Assembly (NCBI GenBank): GCA_963781805.1 | Contig: CAWAHF010000004.1 | Span: 1,242,246-1,306,245 of the forward strand | Reading direction: 5' to 3' | Length of the DNA: 64,000 nucleotides | Origin: an uncultured Bacteroidales bacterium | Lineage (GTDB): Bacteria > Bacteroidota > Bacteroidia > Bacteroidales > UBA10428 | Position numbers and translations under genes: made by a program | The notes under the pieces: generated by a model | What the model saw: only the letters and a program-made list of their open reading frames with translations | What the model was told of the DNA's origin: nothing | The model's database searches: none | Part shown: positions 29,670 to 40,463 of the stretch, piece after piece | Numbering within the stretch: the stretch's first letter is position 1 | Layout: each line of letters begins with the position of its first letter

Positions 29670-31010
29670 TTATTCCGTTTCCTCAAGCATCACATGATTT
29701 ACTTTTACGTTTTTTATCGTAAAGTTATTGACCAGGTTTTTGTTAATATCGCCTTTCCTGGCCACGATGTTCAAATTCTCAAAAGTGAAATTACTTAACC
29801 TGTCGTATTTGCTAATTTCAACATCGAATAATATGCTGCATTTCAAATCAATATTTCTTAACACAATATTATCGGAATATGAGAGAGGTATATCTTTTCT
29901 GCCTTTTAAATCGAAAAACTGCCGCCAGGGTTTGATAAAAATAAGACTGTATGCTTCTCCTTTAATATTTTCAATCGTAATATATTCGTATTTCTGCGGA
30001 GTATCCGGTCTCATTTTTAACCATAATACCCGCATGGCATCTCTAATAATGCAATTTCGCATCAGAATATTTCTATCGTGAATAGACTCGCTGCCGCATG
30101 TCAGAGCCGAGTGACAAAAGCCAAATTCACAATCTTCTATAATAATATTCAAATTTTCACCATTAGCAGTGTCGGTATCTGCCCATGGACCCTTTCCGCC
30201 CTTTAGTGCAATAGCATCATCGTTTACCGACATATAACATCCTTTAATTAAAATATTTGTGCATGCATCGATATCTACAGCATCTGTACTTGGGGCTTTT
30301 ACCGGGCTTGCGGGAGAAAAAATATTGAGATTTAACAGTTTTACATAATTACATTTGTAATAGTGGCTTGTCCAGAAACCTGCATTCTGAAGCTTAACAT
30401 CTTGTATTTGAACATTATTGCAATTCCAAATAAAGATCAGTTTTGGTCTGGAAACTTCCAGATTGGTACAGTTTTTATTTGAATCTCTGCATGCCCAGAA
30501 AGCTTGCCAGAATTTAAGTCCGTTTCCATCAATGGTGCCCTTGCCCGAAATTGTGAAACCATTTACACCGTATGCATTTACCAGGGCAGGAAAATATTCA
30601 ATGTTCTGACCTTCCATTCTTGAGGGCATCATGGGATAGTCAGCAATGTTGTCGGATCCTTTCAGAACCGCTCCTTCCGATAGATACAGGTGTGTCTTGG
30701 GTTTAAAAAATAATGCCCCACTTAAATAGATACCTTTCGGAATTATAACAACACCCCCACCCTGTTTATATGCATCGTTAATGGCATTTTGTATAGCACC
30801 GGTTTGCAAAATTAAACTATCGTCTACAGCCCCAAAATCTGTAATCACATAGGCTTTACCCAGTCCGGATAATTGAACTTTTGTTGTATCCGAAAACCAG
30901 TCAGGAATGATGGTTCCGTCAGGAAAGAAAGTATCCTTTTCAGTTTGTGCTGAACAACCTTGCAGGAATAAATAAAGTACTGCTGTCAGAGTAAAAAAAT
31001 ATTTCATCAT
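29670..31010 (-). CDS. Glycoside hydrolase family 28-like (polygalacturonase-type) right-handed beta-helix lipoprotein
   Basis: Lipobox LFLQGCSA. GH28-like blocks STDAVDID, NDDAIAL, CHSALTCGSE, RVLWLKM. Confidence 0.65.
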   Translation of the reverse strand: MMKYFFTLTAVLYLFLQGCSAQTEKDTFFPDGTIIPDWFSDTTKVQLSGLGKAYVITDFGAVDDSLILQTGAIQNAINDAYKQGGGVVIIPKGIYLSGALFFKPKTHLYLSEGAVLKGSDNIADYPMMPSRMEGQNIEYFPALVNAYGVNGFTISGKGTIDGNGLKFWQAFWACRDSNKNCTNLEVSRPKLIFIWNCNNVQIQDVKLQNAGFWTSHYYKCNYVKLLNLNIFSPASPVKAPSTDAVDIDACTNILIKGCYMSVNDDAIALKGGKGPWADTDTANGENLNIIIEDCEFGFCHSALTCGSESIHDRNILMRNCIIRDAMRVLWLKMRPDTPQKYEYITIENIKGEAYSLIFIKPWRQFFDLKGRKDIPLSYSDNIVLRNIDLKCSILFDVEISKYDRLSNFTFENLNIVARKGDINKNLVNNFTIKNVKVNHVMLEETE

Positions 31011-31274
31011 TTAGGAATTAATCGTTAAAAAAAAATTAGTGGCTGTCAATTTTTTTATTTGTAACATAATGGCATTCAAATTTCTTTTGGAATAATAAGA
31101 ATTGATCCGGCTGCAAAATCATGGATTGCACTCCTGTTAACATTAAATGTAATGGTAAGGAATCATAAGCAATAAATTTCATTATAGTTACATAAAAACC
31201 CAGGCATTGCAAGAATATCAGAATGCACAATTTGCATCACTTTATTGAACTAATCGTAAATATTTTTGTGTTAA

Positions 31275-32726
31275 CTATTTCTTCCCCGATTCTTTATTCG
31301 GTTGGTTATCTTTTTTCTCTGTCTTTGTTTCAGCTTTTTCCAACTTGGTTTTATTGTCTTCCTTGTCTGAAGGATTTCCTTTCAAAAAATCTGGAAGTTC
31401 CATACCGGCCTGTTTAAATAAATCCTGTAGGGGCGGTAACGCACTCATCATACTTGAAAAGAAATTTGCAGTAGAAGAGCTTTTCCCGTCCTTACCTCCC
31501 GTATCCCAAACCGTTACCTTGTCAATTTTAAGGTTCTTAATTGCTTCAACCTGAATTTTAACCAGATCCGGCAATTTATCAACGATCATCATCATCACAG
31601 CCTTTTGAGGATCATTACTTGCTGCTTTAACAAGTTTCTCAAAACCATTAGCCTGCATACTCAGTATTTCATATAATCCTTTAGCCTGAGCTTCCATTTT
31701 CATATAGATGGCATCCGCATCTCCCTTTGCATGCCTCCTGGTTTGTTCAGCTATCGCTTCAGCAGCAATTTCAATTTTTTGTTTGTCAATTTGTGTAGGA
31801 ATGATTATATCAGCTATCTGGGTGGCTTTTTCTTTTTCCGAACGACTCATCTCAGCTTCTTTTTCGGCAGCATATGCTTCTTCGAGTGCCTTTGCCTGGC
31901 TCACTTTTTCGGCAGCCACGGCTTTTCTTTCAGCCTCCGCTTCTCTTTCTCTTCTGGTGGCATTTGAATTGGCTATCTGAATTAATGCATCGTTTTCACC
32001 GGAAACGGCATTGGCATTGGCGGATGCTACCTGAATTCTCTGATCTTTCATGGCATTCGCTTCTCCAATGGAACCATCGCGATTTTTCTCTGCCACACTT
32101 TTTTTCGCGTCGTTAATAGCTTTGGCAGCAGCTTCTTTTCCTAAAGCTTCAATATAACCTGATTCATCGTTAATATCGGTAACATTAACATTTATCAATT
32201 TTAATCCGACTTTTTTTAATTCAGCCTCCACATTTCTGGAAACGGCATCTAAAAACAGATCCCTGTTACTATTAATTTCTTCGATATCCATTGTGGCGAC
32301 CACTAAACGTAATTGGCCGAATATAATATCTTTTGCTAAATTACTGATTTCCTGTTGAGTCAATCCGAGCAGTCTTTCGGCTGCATTGGTCATTACACCG
32401 GGCTCAGTGGTAATACCTACGGTAAATATCGAAGGTACATCTACCCTGATATTTTGCTTGCTTAGCGCATTTTTCAGGTTTATTTCAATTGAAATGGGGG
32501 TTAAATCCAAAAAAACATAGTCTTGTATCACGGGCCATATAAAAGCTGCACCTCCATGAATGCACCTCGATGAAAGGGATTCAGCCTCCTTACTTTTACC
32601 TACTTTTCCATAAATTACCAGGATACGGTCAGAGGGACATCTTTTGTAGCGTCTAAGAAAAGTGACAATTAAAATAAATACAAACAATATGGCCAACGTG
32701 ACCACCAAAACTAAATATTGTTCCAT
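31275..32726 (-). CDS. Flotillin / SPFH (band-7) family protein, YqiK-like
   Basis: N-terminal TM. SPFH domain. Long Ala/Glu-rich coiled coil (…EREAEAERKAVAAEK…). Lys/Glu-rich tail. Confidence 0.85.
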   Translation of the reverse strand: MEQYLVLVVTLAILFVFILIVTFLRRYKRCPSDRILVIYGKVGKSKEAESLSSRCIHGGAAFIWPVIQDYVFLDLTPISIEINLKNALSKQNIRVDVPSIFTVGITTEPGVMTNAAERLLGLTQQEISNLAKDIIFGQLRLVVATMDIEEINSNRDLFLDAVSRNVEAELKKVGLKLINVNVTDINDESGYIEALGKEAAAKAINDAKKSVAEKNRDGSIGEANAMKDQRIQVASANANAVSGENDALIQIANSNATRREREAEAERKAVAAEKVSQAKALEEAYAAEKEAEMSRSEKEKATQIADIIIPTQIDKQKIEIAAEAIAEQTRRHAKGDADAIYMKMEAQAKGLYEILSMQANGFEKLVKAASNDPQKAVMMMIVDKLPDLVKIQVEAIKNLKIDKVTVWDTGGKDGKSSSTANFFSSMMSALPPLQDLFKQAGMELPDFLKGNPSDKEDNKTKLEKAETKTEKKDNQPNKESGKK

Positions 32727-32739
32727 TTTTTGTAAGGTT

Positions 32740-33327
32740 TTATTGTTTTTTCACAAGTAATATTTCATTATTAATAACATTAATCACTTCAATAACCGCA
32801 CCGGTTTTAATTTCTTCAATATCATCTGTAATTGCATCAAGCGTCTGAAATCCCTGAACATTCACCTGAACTTTACCCATGCCATTCCTCCTGGATGGAA
32901 TGTGGAGATATACTGTGCCAATTTTTCCGATTGCATTCATTAAATTTAACGTAGTGTCTTCAGTAAGTTTCCCAAGATAATACATTAGAGAGGCCATAAT
33001 AACCATCATTGTCAAACCTGCTATTACAGAAATTACAATAGTAATTCCGATATTTTTACCCCCATGAAGCAAGGCTATACCTGTCCATCCGAAAATAGCA
33101 AAAAAGCCAACCAGGTTTTTAATACTCAGGAATTGAAATCCAATACCTTGATCATGTTCAAACGATACATCATGGTCTGCTGCATCAGCAATGTGATCCA
33201 CATCTCCGCCAAAAAAAGTTAGGATTAATTGTACAATAAATACCACCATAAAGGGAACAGCAACCAACCAATATAATTTTTCGGGGCTGCTCATTGCATG
33301 CCACCAGGTATCAAATGAGAATTCCAT
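32740..33327 (-). CDS. NfeD-like / YqiJ-family membrane protein (flotillin partner)
   Basis: Multi-TM N-terminus plus C-terminal OB-fold-like segment. Immediately upstream of the flotillin gene, matching the yqiJK arrangement. Confidence 0.7.
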   Translation of the reverse strand: MEFSFDTWWHAMSSPEKLYWLVAVPFMVVFIVQLILTFFGGDVDHIADAADHDVSFEHDQGIGFQFLSIKNLVGFFAIFGWTGIALLHGGKNIGITIVISVIAGLTMMVIMASLMYYLGKLTEDTTLNLMNAIGKIGTVYLHIPSRRNGMGKVQVNVQGFQTLDAITDDIEEIKTGAVIEVINVINNEILLVKKQ

Positions 33328-33584
33328 AGGTTCAGGTTTTTAGAATATAAATATATCTATTTTTTCCAGATTGTGAAAAAAAACTCCCTAAAAAGTAGAT
33401 GAGTTTACCCTAAATTACTATCTCATAAATACGAAGAGCAAATTCGATAGTTAACTTTTTTATTTATGGCAAATGGATAAATATTATTTGTGTGTTTTCT
33501 GAGCAAAAAATTGTCTGCCCCGTATTACCGGTATTCATAATACTTTGATCCCGCAAATACTCTGAAAAATACAGCCATTATTAT

Positions 33585-33842
33585 ATTATCAATCAGTAAT
33601 GTCCGACTAAATTATTTGTTTATCCACTACGTGGAATAGGATCTTTACTTTATTGCTTTATTACAACACTTTATTTTCCCGCTTTATAGCGGGACAGGCT
33701 CTACGGAGAATTTCCGCGTAGCGGATTAGGAATTGTAGAAAAAAATAACCCCAAAGGCAGTGATACCTCGTAGAGGTTCTACAAAATAAAATGTATAAAG
33801 ATTATAAAAGCATTTAGTCGGTCAGTAGTGATTATCAATGAT
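33585..33842. repeat. ~250-bp element bounded by imperfect ~25-bp inverted repeats (attatcaatcagtaatgtccgactaaat / atttagtcggtcagtagtgattatcaatgat); MITE-like or a structured RNA
   Basis: Terminal inverted repeats read from the sequence. The interior has several short hairpins (cccgctttatagcggg; ctacggagaatttccgcgtag; gtagaggttctac). Confidence 0.45.
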
Positions 33843-33884
33843 TATCTGATGCAATTTCCTCTAAAAAGCAGATCAGGTTAAGGT

Positions 33885-34442
33885 TTAAATTTCCTTTTGA
33901 TAGGCTACTACATCCAACACCCTATTAAATTTCTCACCTACATTTTTAAAGTGTGCACATTTGGTATAGCCGGCTTTTTCAAACAGTACAATACTTGGGG
34001 TATTCTCCCCGGTAATAATTCCGATGAGGTTTTTTAGCCCTTCTTCTTTAGCTGTTTTTTCAAGGTGTTTCAGTGCTGTTTTTCCGATTCCTTTACCACA
34101 AAATTCAGGTTTAAGATAAACGGTAATTTCAGCGGTCCTATCATAGGCTTGTCGTTTCTTATAATTGGTAAGCAGGCAATACCCGGCAATTTCATCATTA
34201 GAGTATATTAGATAAGACTTATACAACGGGTGATCAATATACACAAAATCATTCAGATGATCTAAAGATATGGGGCCGGTATGAAAAGTAGCTGTAGAAT
34301 TTTCGATATACCAGTCGTAAATTTTTTTCACCTCCGGTAAATCAGGTAGTTTTATTTCTACAAATATTATATCTGGGTTCACAGATTTCAATTCGCATAA
34401 AGTATTGATTTCAAAATTAAAAAAAGATTTTTGAACACTCAA
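33885..34442 (-). CDS. GNAT family N-acetyltransferase
   Basis: Acetyl-CoA binding motif region (…CGKGIGKTALKHLE…). 185 aa. Confidence 0.8.
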   Translation of the reverse strand: MSVQKSFFNFEINTLCELKSVNPDIIFVEIKLPDLPEVKKIYDWYIENSTATFHTGPISLDHLNDFVYIDHPLYKSYLIYSNDEIAGYCLLTNYKKRQAYDRTAEITVYLKPEFCGKGIGKTALKHLEKTAKEEGLKNLIGIITGENTPSIVLFEKAGYTKCAHFKNVGEKFNRVLDVVAYQKEI

Positions 34443-34492
34443 ATGAAAAAAAACTATCAGATTTTAGTTTTCGGAAATGAATACCGGAGGAA

Positions 34493-36733
34493 TTATTTCA
34501 AATTTTCCACCCGGTTAACTGTCTCAACTCCTTTTATTTTGCTGAGATTCATGAGAAGATTGTTGAGGTCTTTGGTGTTGTGCACATATAAATCGATGGT
34601 ACCATCCCATATTCCATCATGACCCGATATGCTTATATTACGCATATTAACACTCAGTTCCTTCGTAATGATCGTGGTTATATCGTTATAAATACCAAAC
34701 CGGTCGGTTCCTGAAATAGCAATTTTAATCAGGAATGAAAGAACTTTGTGCGTGGTCCACTTAACCGGAACCAGCAATTCATTCTGACTGGAAGATATCT
34801 TAACAGCATTCGAACATTTGGTTTTATGTATGACAATAGTATCATTGTCAGGGTCGAAATATCCCAGCACATCATCCCCGGGAATTGGTTTACAACAAGA
34901 GGCAATGGTATATTCAGGCTGCGCTCTTTCGATGTTTTCTTTTAAAAGCAGTGGATTTTTGTAATCAAATTTGGGCATATTGGATCCTGCAATTACAGGT
35001 TTAGCATTTTTTTGTGCCGATCTTGAAAATTGAAGACTCCAGTAATTAATAAATTTCTTTTTGGTATTCTTTTTTAAAACCTTTGATAATTCATCCAGAT
35101 GAATTATCCCGCTCCCTAATTTGCTGTATAATTCATCTTTAGAGGTTACTTCATATTCCGGAAGTAATTTCTTAAAAATTCTTGATGATGGCCGGAGTTT
35201 CATTTTTTTCAGTTCAAGCTCCAGTATCTGTTTTCCTTTTTCAATCCTGTTTTTAGTCTCCGATTTTATGGCTGATTTAATTGCTGCCTTGGCTTTTGCA
35301 GTTATTACCCTCGTAAGCCACTCTTTACGAGAATGATATTTATCAGATGTGATGACCTCTATCTGGTCGCCACTTTTTAGGATATAATTGAGAGGAACAA
35401 GTTTATGATTCACTTTCGCACCAATTGCCTTATGTCCAATCTCCGTATGAATTTCGTATGCAAAATCGAGCGCTGTGGAGCCAAGCGGCATTTTCTTGAT
35501 ATCCCCCTTGGGTGTGAATAAAAATATTTCGGTTGTAAACAGGTTCAGTTTAAAGTCATCAAGAAACTCAAGTGCATCAATCTGAGGTGAGTCAAGTAAC
35601 TCACGAATCTGTTTGAGCCATTTGTCAAGCTCACTTTCCTGCGATTCTTCGCTTTTATATTTCCAGTGTGCAGCAAATCCCCGCTCGGCAATCTCATCCA
35701 TCCTGCGCGATCTTATTTGCACTTCCACCCAGTTGCCGTTTGGTCCCATAACGGTGGCGTGTAAAGCTTCGTAGCCATTACCTTTGGGTGTACTTACCCA
35801 ATCTCTGATACGCTCGGGTTTAGGCATGTAAATATCTGTAATGATGGAATATATATTCCAGCACTGGGTTTTTTCAGGAATATCTTCCGTTGGATCAAAA
35901 ATAATTCTAATGGCCATCAAATCATAAATTTCCTCAAACGGTACATCTTTTGTTTGCATCTTGTGCCAGATGGAGTAAATGGATTTATGCCTGCCACTGA
36001 TTTCAAAATAAATATTGTTCCTGGTAAGCTGTTCTTTTATAGGTTTTGAAAACTCTTCGATGAATGCAAGCCGGTCTTTTTCCTGGCTTTTGATCTTAAA
36101 TTCAAGTTCCTCATAAATTTCCGGATACCTGTATTTCAGACTTAAATCCTCGAGTTCGGTTTTGATGGCATAAAAACCCATACGATGGGCGAGCGGAGCG
36201 AACAGATACAATGTTTCAGCCGAGATTTTCATTTGTTTCAAAGGGGCAAGAGAACTCAGCGTTCGCATATTGTGTAACCTGTCTGCCAGTTTAATCAAAA
36301 TGACCCTGACATCATCTGACAGGGTGAGCAACATTTTTCTGAAGTTTTCGGCTTGAAAGGACGAATTGCTGTCGAATACGCCTTTAATTTTTGTCAATCC
36401 GTCAACGATAGAAGCAATTTTTGGATTAAACAGATTTTCAAGGTCCTCAATAGTATATTCAGAATCTTCAACCACATCGTGTAAAAGTGCACAACAGATA
36501 GAAGTGACACCAAGTCCCATTTCCTGGGTAACTATTTTTGCAACTGCAATAGGATGAAAAATATAAGGTTCACCAGATTTTCGTTTCATTCCCTTGTGAG
36601 CCTCTTCGGCAACCTTAAAGGCCTTCCTGATAAGAGTTTTGTCGCCTCTCTTATTACAACGGGTGCAATTCGCAAGCATGTCATTGAATTCCCGTTTTAT
36701 TTCAATTTCTTCAACCGATGGAGTGCTGCTCAT
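34493..36733 (-). CDS. Bifunctional (p)ppGpp synthetase/hydrolase (RelA/SpoT homologue)
   Basis: HD domain (HDVVEDS). Synthetase domain. TGS and ACT C-terminal regions. 746 aa. Confidence 0.92.
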   Translation of the reverse strand: MSSTPSVEEIEIKREFNDMLANCTRCNKRGDKTLIRKAFKVAEEAHKGMKRKSGEPYIFHPIAVAKIVTQEMGLGVTSICCALLHDVVEDSEYTIEDLENLFNPKIASIVDGLTKIKGVFDSNSSFQAENFRKMLLTLSDDVRVILIKLADRLHNMRTLSSLAPLKQMKISAETLYLFAPLAHRMGFYAIKTELEDLSLKYRYPEIYEELEFKIKSQEKDRLAFIEEFSKPIKEQLTRNNIYFEISGRHKSIYSIWHKMQTKDVPFEEIYDLMAIRIIFDPTEDIPEKTQCWNIYSIITDIYMPKPERIRDWVSTPKGNGYEALHATVMGPNGNWVEVQIRSRRMDEIAERGFAAHWKYKSEESQESELDKWLKQIRELLDSPQIDALEFLDDFKLNLFTTEIFLFTPKGDIKKMPLGSTALDFAYEIHTEIGHKAIGAKVNHKLVPLNYILKSGDQIEVITSDKYHSRKEWLTRVITAKAKAAIKSAIKSETKNRIEKGKQILELELKKMKLRPSSRIFKKLLPEYEVTSKDELYSKLGSGIIHLDELSKVLKKNTKKKFINYWSLQFSRSAQKNAKPVIAGSNMPKFDYKNPLLLKENIERAQPEYTIASCCKPIPGDDVLGYFDPDNDTIVIHKTKCSNAVKISSSQNELLVPVKWTTHKVLSFLIKIAISGTDRFGIYNDITTIITKELSVNMRNISISGHDGIWDGTIDLYVHNTKDLNNLLMNLSKIKGVETVNRVENLK

Positions 36734-36809
36734 GAAACTTTTAAACTTACCTGTTACTTTTACAAAGTTAATGAATTATAGCCTCACTGCCTTCACTCAT
36801 TTATGAAAA

Positions 36810-38327
36810 TTAACGATATAAAATCGTAACGTAGCCTGTTTTGGTATATGTATTGTCAGGATAATGTACAGTTAGCTGGTAAGCATATACTCCTTCAGAA
36901 ATCTGCTTATTATTTGAAGTACCGTTCCAGGGACCTCTACCCTGCCAAATTAAATTTCCCCATCTGTTGTAGATTATCAGATCGTAATATAAGGGTTCAA
37001 AAAGAAAAACGGGTCTTAACGCATCATTTTCGCCAGCTGGATTATTGGGAATGAAAACATTTGGCATCCTGATGTCAGGAGTTAAACGAATGCAGGCTTC
37101 ATTTGAATAAGTAATGCTATTTTGCGTATACGGATTATTCTTTTCAATAGCCTTGATATGGTAACAGAACTCGCCGGATGAAACTGAACTTGTAGAGAAA
37201 AACGAAGACACATCGTCAGAATAAGTAAGATTTGTTCCCATTACGATAGAATCGATCTGGTCCGAATTTCCAACCTTCCGGTATAAAATGTACCTGTCTG
37301 TCTCACCGGGCCAGTCTTCCACAGGATTCCAGGAAAGCTGATTTTTCATCCCCTGATTTAAAACGTTAAGCCTGATATTATTTACTATATTCGATGTTTG
37401 GCTAACTTCTGAACATTTATTCAGGACAGAAAGTTTATAATAATAGACTACTGCATTATAATCGAAATGATCTTCTGCATTGATAAAAGAATCTGATGTG
37501 TTGATTTCAGACAATAACTCATATGTTCCATTCAGTTCTGATGATCGCCAAAGCTGATATTCAGTTAGTCTTGAAGAGGCATCTACCTGAAAACTAATTT
37601 GAACCGTATTATTCCCTTCGGGTTTTACTGAACTGGCAACAATATAATCCGGAATTTTCAACATTCCGGAATAAATGGTAGCCATGTTTGATCTCGAAGT
37701 ACGTACACTGTCCGTATGAATTGTTTCGACAAAATAACCAATGTCTTCGTTTGCGTACTGACTTACATCCACTTTAAATGTTGTTATTGATTCAATCGCA
37801 ATGATCCCCATCACCTGCGGTGCAGAACCACCTGCCACCTGGTATATCCTGTATGCTGCTATATTACCCTTCCATTTGTTGTAAGCATTCCAGCTTAACG
37901 TTACATTTGAAGAGCAGGAATCAAAAGATGCCGATAAGAATACGGTACTGTCAGGATAATCATAAAGGCTCTGCACCCTGGTGCTGTCACTTCTGATATG
38001 AACAGCCAGAACAGAATAACCTAATGAATGTACCCCGGATTCGGAATTTGTATTAACATAAAAATTTGTATCGGGGGAAATATACGCAATGGGATGGCTT
38101 AAAATGAAGGGGTAGGCCGGATTGGTAATAATAGAATAACAAACTGCATAATAATCTACAAGGGTATCATTTACAGGATACCAGATGATTGAGTCATTTC
38201 CGGTCTCCGGATCAACTGTTACTTTATAAATGACAGGCATACCAGGTTGATCAGAAACACCTTGTCCGGAACTAATCCCGTAGTAGTTGTTCAGAAATAA
38301 AAATATATATAGTATTTTCTTTATCAA
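36810..38327 (-). CDS. T9SS type-B C-terminal-domain (gliding-motility-associated CTD) secreted protein
   Basis: Signal peptide. C-terminal IPNNPAGENDALRPVF…IIYNRWGNLIW…GVYAYQL matches the type-B T9SS sorting domain pattern. Confidence 0.7.
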   Translation of the reverse strand: MIKKILYIFLFLNNYYGISSGQGVSDQPGMPVIYKVTVDPETGNDSIIWYPVNDTLVDYYAVCYSIITNPAYPFILSHPIAYISPDTNFYVNTNSESGVHSLGYSVLAVHIRSDSTRVQSLYDYPDSTVFLSASFDSCSSNVTLSWNAYNKWKGNIAAYRIYQVAGGSAPQVMGIIAIESITTFKVDVSQYANEDIGYFVETIHTDSVRTSRSNMATIYSGMLKIPDYIVASSVKPEGNNTVQISFQVDASSRLTEYQLWRSSELNGTYELLSEINTSDSFINAEDHFDYNAVVYYYKLSVLNKCSEVSQTSNIVNNIRLNVLNQGMKNQLSWNPVEDWPGETDRYILYRKVGNSDQIDSIVMGTNLTYSDDVSSFFSTSSVSSGEFCYHIKAIEKNNPYTQNSITYSNEACIRLTPDIRMPNVFIPNNPAGENDALRPVFLFEPLYYDLIIYNRWGNLIWQGRGPWNGTSNNKQISEGVYAYQLTVHYPDNTYTKTGYVTILYR

Positions 38328-38533
38328 GACAGAATAAATTAATTATGCATTTATAACGGATTTTCGCTCGATTTCATATTTGACTATCAATTTTATTTAA
38401 ATGGCTCAATAGATAAATATTACGTTCATGTAAAATTAGTTACATCTGCTCAGAATGGGCATTAATTTTCTGGTTTTTATCAACCAGTGGAATATAATTC
38501 GACAGATATTTTTTTATTCCCTTCTCTTAATAT

Positions 38534-38541
38534 TAACTTTG
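38534..38541 (+). promoter_or_regulatory. Candidate -7 promoter element TAACTTTG upstream of the ClC gene
   Basis: Matches the Bacteroidota TAnnTTTG consensus, ~54 bp upstream of the ATG at 38595. Confidence 0.3.
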
Positions 38542-38594
38542 GAGCTTTAATTTAAAAAAATAAAATTTTAAGGAATTCTGCACGAGAGAAAGAA

Positions 38595-40373
38595 ATGACT
38601 AATCTGAGCTTATTGTTAACCCGGTTTCTTGAATGGAGAGACAAGCATATCCCACACAAACAGTTTGTTTATATTCTAAGTTTTTTTATAGGAATAATCA
38701 GCAGTTTGGCAGCTGTAATCCTGAAAAATGCTGTTTATACTATTCATAAATTACTCACACATGAAGCGAGTATTGAAAATATCAATCCCTTATATCTTGC
38801 CTATCCGTTAATAGGTATTTCACTTACAGTACTGTTTGTACGATACTTTGTTAAGGACAATATCGGTCATGGGGTTACACGCATATTGTATGCAATTTCG
38901 AAGAAAAATGGCAAGATTAAAAGTCACAATAATTACACTTCTTTAATTGCAGGTACACTCACCGTTGGATTTGGCGGTTCAGTTGGTTTGGAAGCACCTA
39001 TTGTGCTTACCGGCTCTTCTATTGGATCAAACCTCGGAAGAATCTTTAAATTGAATTACAAAACCATGACCATTCTTGTTGGATGTGGCGCAGCAGGAGC
39101 GCTTGCAGGAATATTCAAAGCTCCGATTGCCGCTGTTATCTTCGGATTGGAAGTTTTAATGCTTGATTTAACGATGTGGTCTCTCATTCCTTTGCTGATA
39201 TCAGCTGTAACAGGGGCAACTGTATCTTACCTGTTCCTTGGCAAGGATGTAATTTTTACATTTGCTATGGATGATCCGTTTTTATTAAAAAATATTCCCT
39301 TTTATATCCTGCTGGGAATTTTTACAGGTTTGCTTTCTGTTTATTTCACACGAGGAACGATTAAAATTGAGGAATTTTTTCAACAAATAAAAAGTCCGGT
39401 AAATAAAATTGTAATCGGCGGATTAGCCCTTGGAATACTGATATTGATTTTACCTCCATTATATGGTGAAGGTTATAATTCATTAAATTCATTGCTAAAC
39501 GGTAATACCAGTGAACTCACGAATCACAGTTTCTTTTATCGGTTTAGGGATAATTTCTGGCTTATCGCGCTGTTTCTGGCCCTCATTCTGTTTTTTAAGG
39601 TAGTTGCCACATCTGTCACAACCGGTAGTGGCGGAGTTGGAGGGATATTTGCTCCATCTTTGTTTTTAGGGGGTGTGGCAGGATTTTTTGTTTCGAGAAT
39701 TCTTAATTTGTTCAATTTCATCCATGTATCAGAAAGAAACTTTGCACTTACAGGAATGGCCGGCGTGATGGCCGGGGTGATGCATGCACCCTTAACGGCT
39801 ATCTTTCTGATTGCAGAGATAACCGGGGGGTATGCTTTGTTTATCCCGTTAATCATTACCTCAACAATATCTTACATTACCATTAAATATTTTGAACCTC
39901 ATTCAATTTATGCCACCAGACTGGCAAAAAGGGGTGAATTGATAACACACCATAAGGACAAAGCTATACTTACGCTTTTGGAAATGAAAAAAGTAATCGA
40001 AACAGATTTTGTTTCGGTTACCCCGGATAACACTCTAACTGAGCTGACTAAAGTTATTGCCAAATCGAAACGAAACATGTTCCCGGTGATAAATAAGTCC
40101 GGGATGTTAGTTGGAATAGTAAATCTGGACAATATCAGACATATCATGTTTAATGTGGATATGTACGAAACCACTTATGTTCGTGATATTATGGTTTTGC
40201 CGCCCACATTTGTATCTCCCGATGAATCGATGGAAGAAGTCATGCAAAAATTCGAAGAGAATAATGCCTGGAATCTGCCGGTTATCAATAATGGAAAATA
40301 TATTGGATTCCTATCGAAATCGAAAATTTTTTCAGTCTATCGCAAATGGTTAATTGATATTTCGGAGGAATAG
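38595..40373 (+). CDS. ClC-family chloride channel / H+-Cl- antiporter with C-terminal CBS pair
   Basis: ~10-12 TM helices. GFGGSVGLEAP and GGIFAPSLFLG ClC selectivity-region motifs. C-terminal CBS-like repeats. Confidence 0.85.
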   Translation: MTNLSLLLTRFLEWRDKHIPHKQFVYILSFFIGIISSLAAVILKNAVYTIHKLLTHEASIENINPLYLAYPLIGISLTVLFVRYFVKDNIGHGVTRILYAISKKNGKIKSHNNYTSLIAGTLTVGFGGSVGLEAPIVLTGSSIGSNLGRIFKLNYKTMTILVGCGAAGALAGIFKAPIAAVIFGLEVLMLDLTMWSLIPLLISAVTGATVSYLFLGKDVIFTFAMDDPFLLKNIPFYILLGIFTGLLSVYFTRGTIKIEEFFQQIKSPVNKIVIGGLALGILILILPPLYGEGYNSLNSLLNGNTSELTNHSFFYRFRDNFWLIALFLALILFFKVVATSVTTGSGGVGGIFAPSLFLGGVAGFFVSRILNLFNFIHVSERNFALTGMAGVMAGVMHAPLTAIFLIAEITGGYALFIPLIITSTISYITIKYFEPHSIYATRLAKRGELITHHKDKAILTLLEMKKVIETDFVSVTPDNTLTELTKVIAKSKRNMFPVINKSGMLVGIVNLDNIRHIMFNVDMYETTYVRDIMVLPPTFVSPDESMEEVMQKFEENNAWNLPVINNGKYIGFLSKSKIFSVYRKWLIDISEE

Positions 40374-40377
40374 GAAT

Positions 40378-40427
40378 GCATCAGAATTAAAAAGGGAAAA
40401 TGCTCTGATGCTTTATCTTTATTTTTA
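40378..40427 (+). terminator. Putative intrinsic terminator downstream of the ClC gene
   Basis: 8-bp stem gcatcaga/tctgatgc with an 18-nt loop, followed by tttatctttattttt. Confidence 0.45.
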
Positions 40428-40463
40428 ACAGGCATTATCTGCTGTCTTATAATTTTTTTAGTT

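Noticed and set aside
31708-32116. Three overlapping plus-strand ORFs inside the flotillin gene
   Set aside because: They are artefacts of the Ala/Glu-rich coiled-coil coding repeat read on the opposite strand; the translations are Ser/Phe/Ala-rich nonsense.
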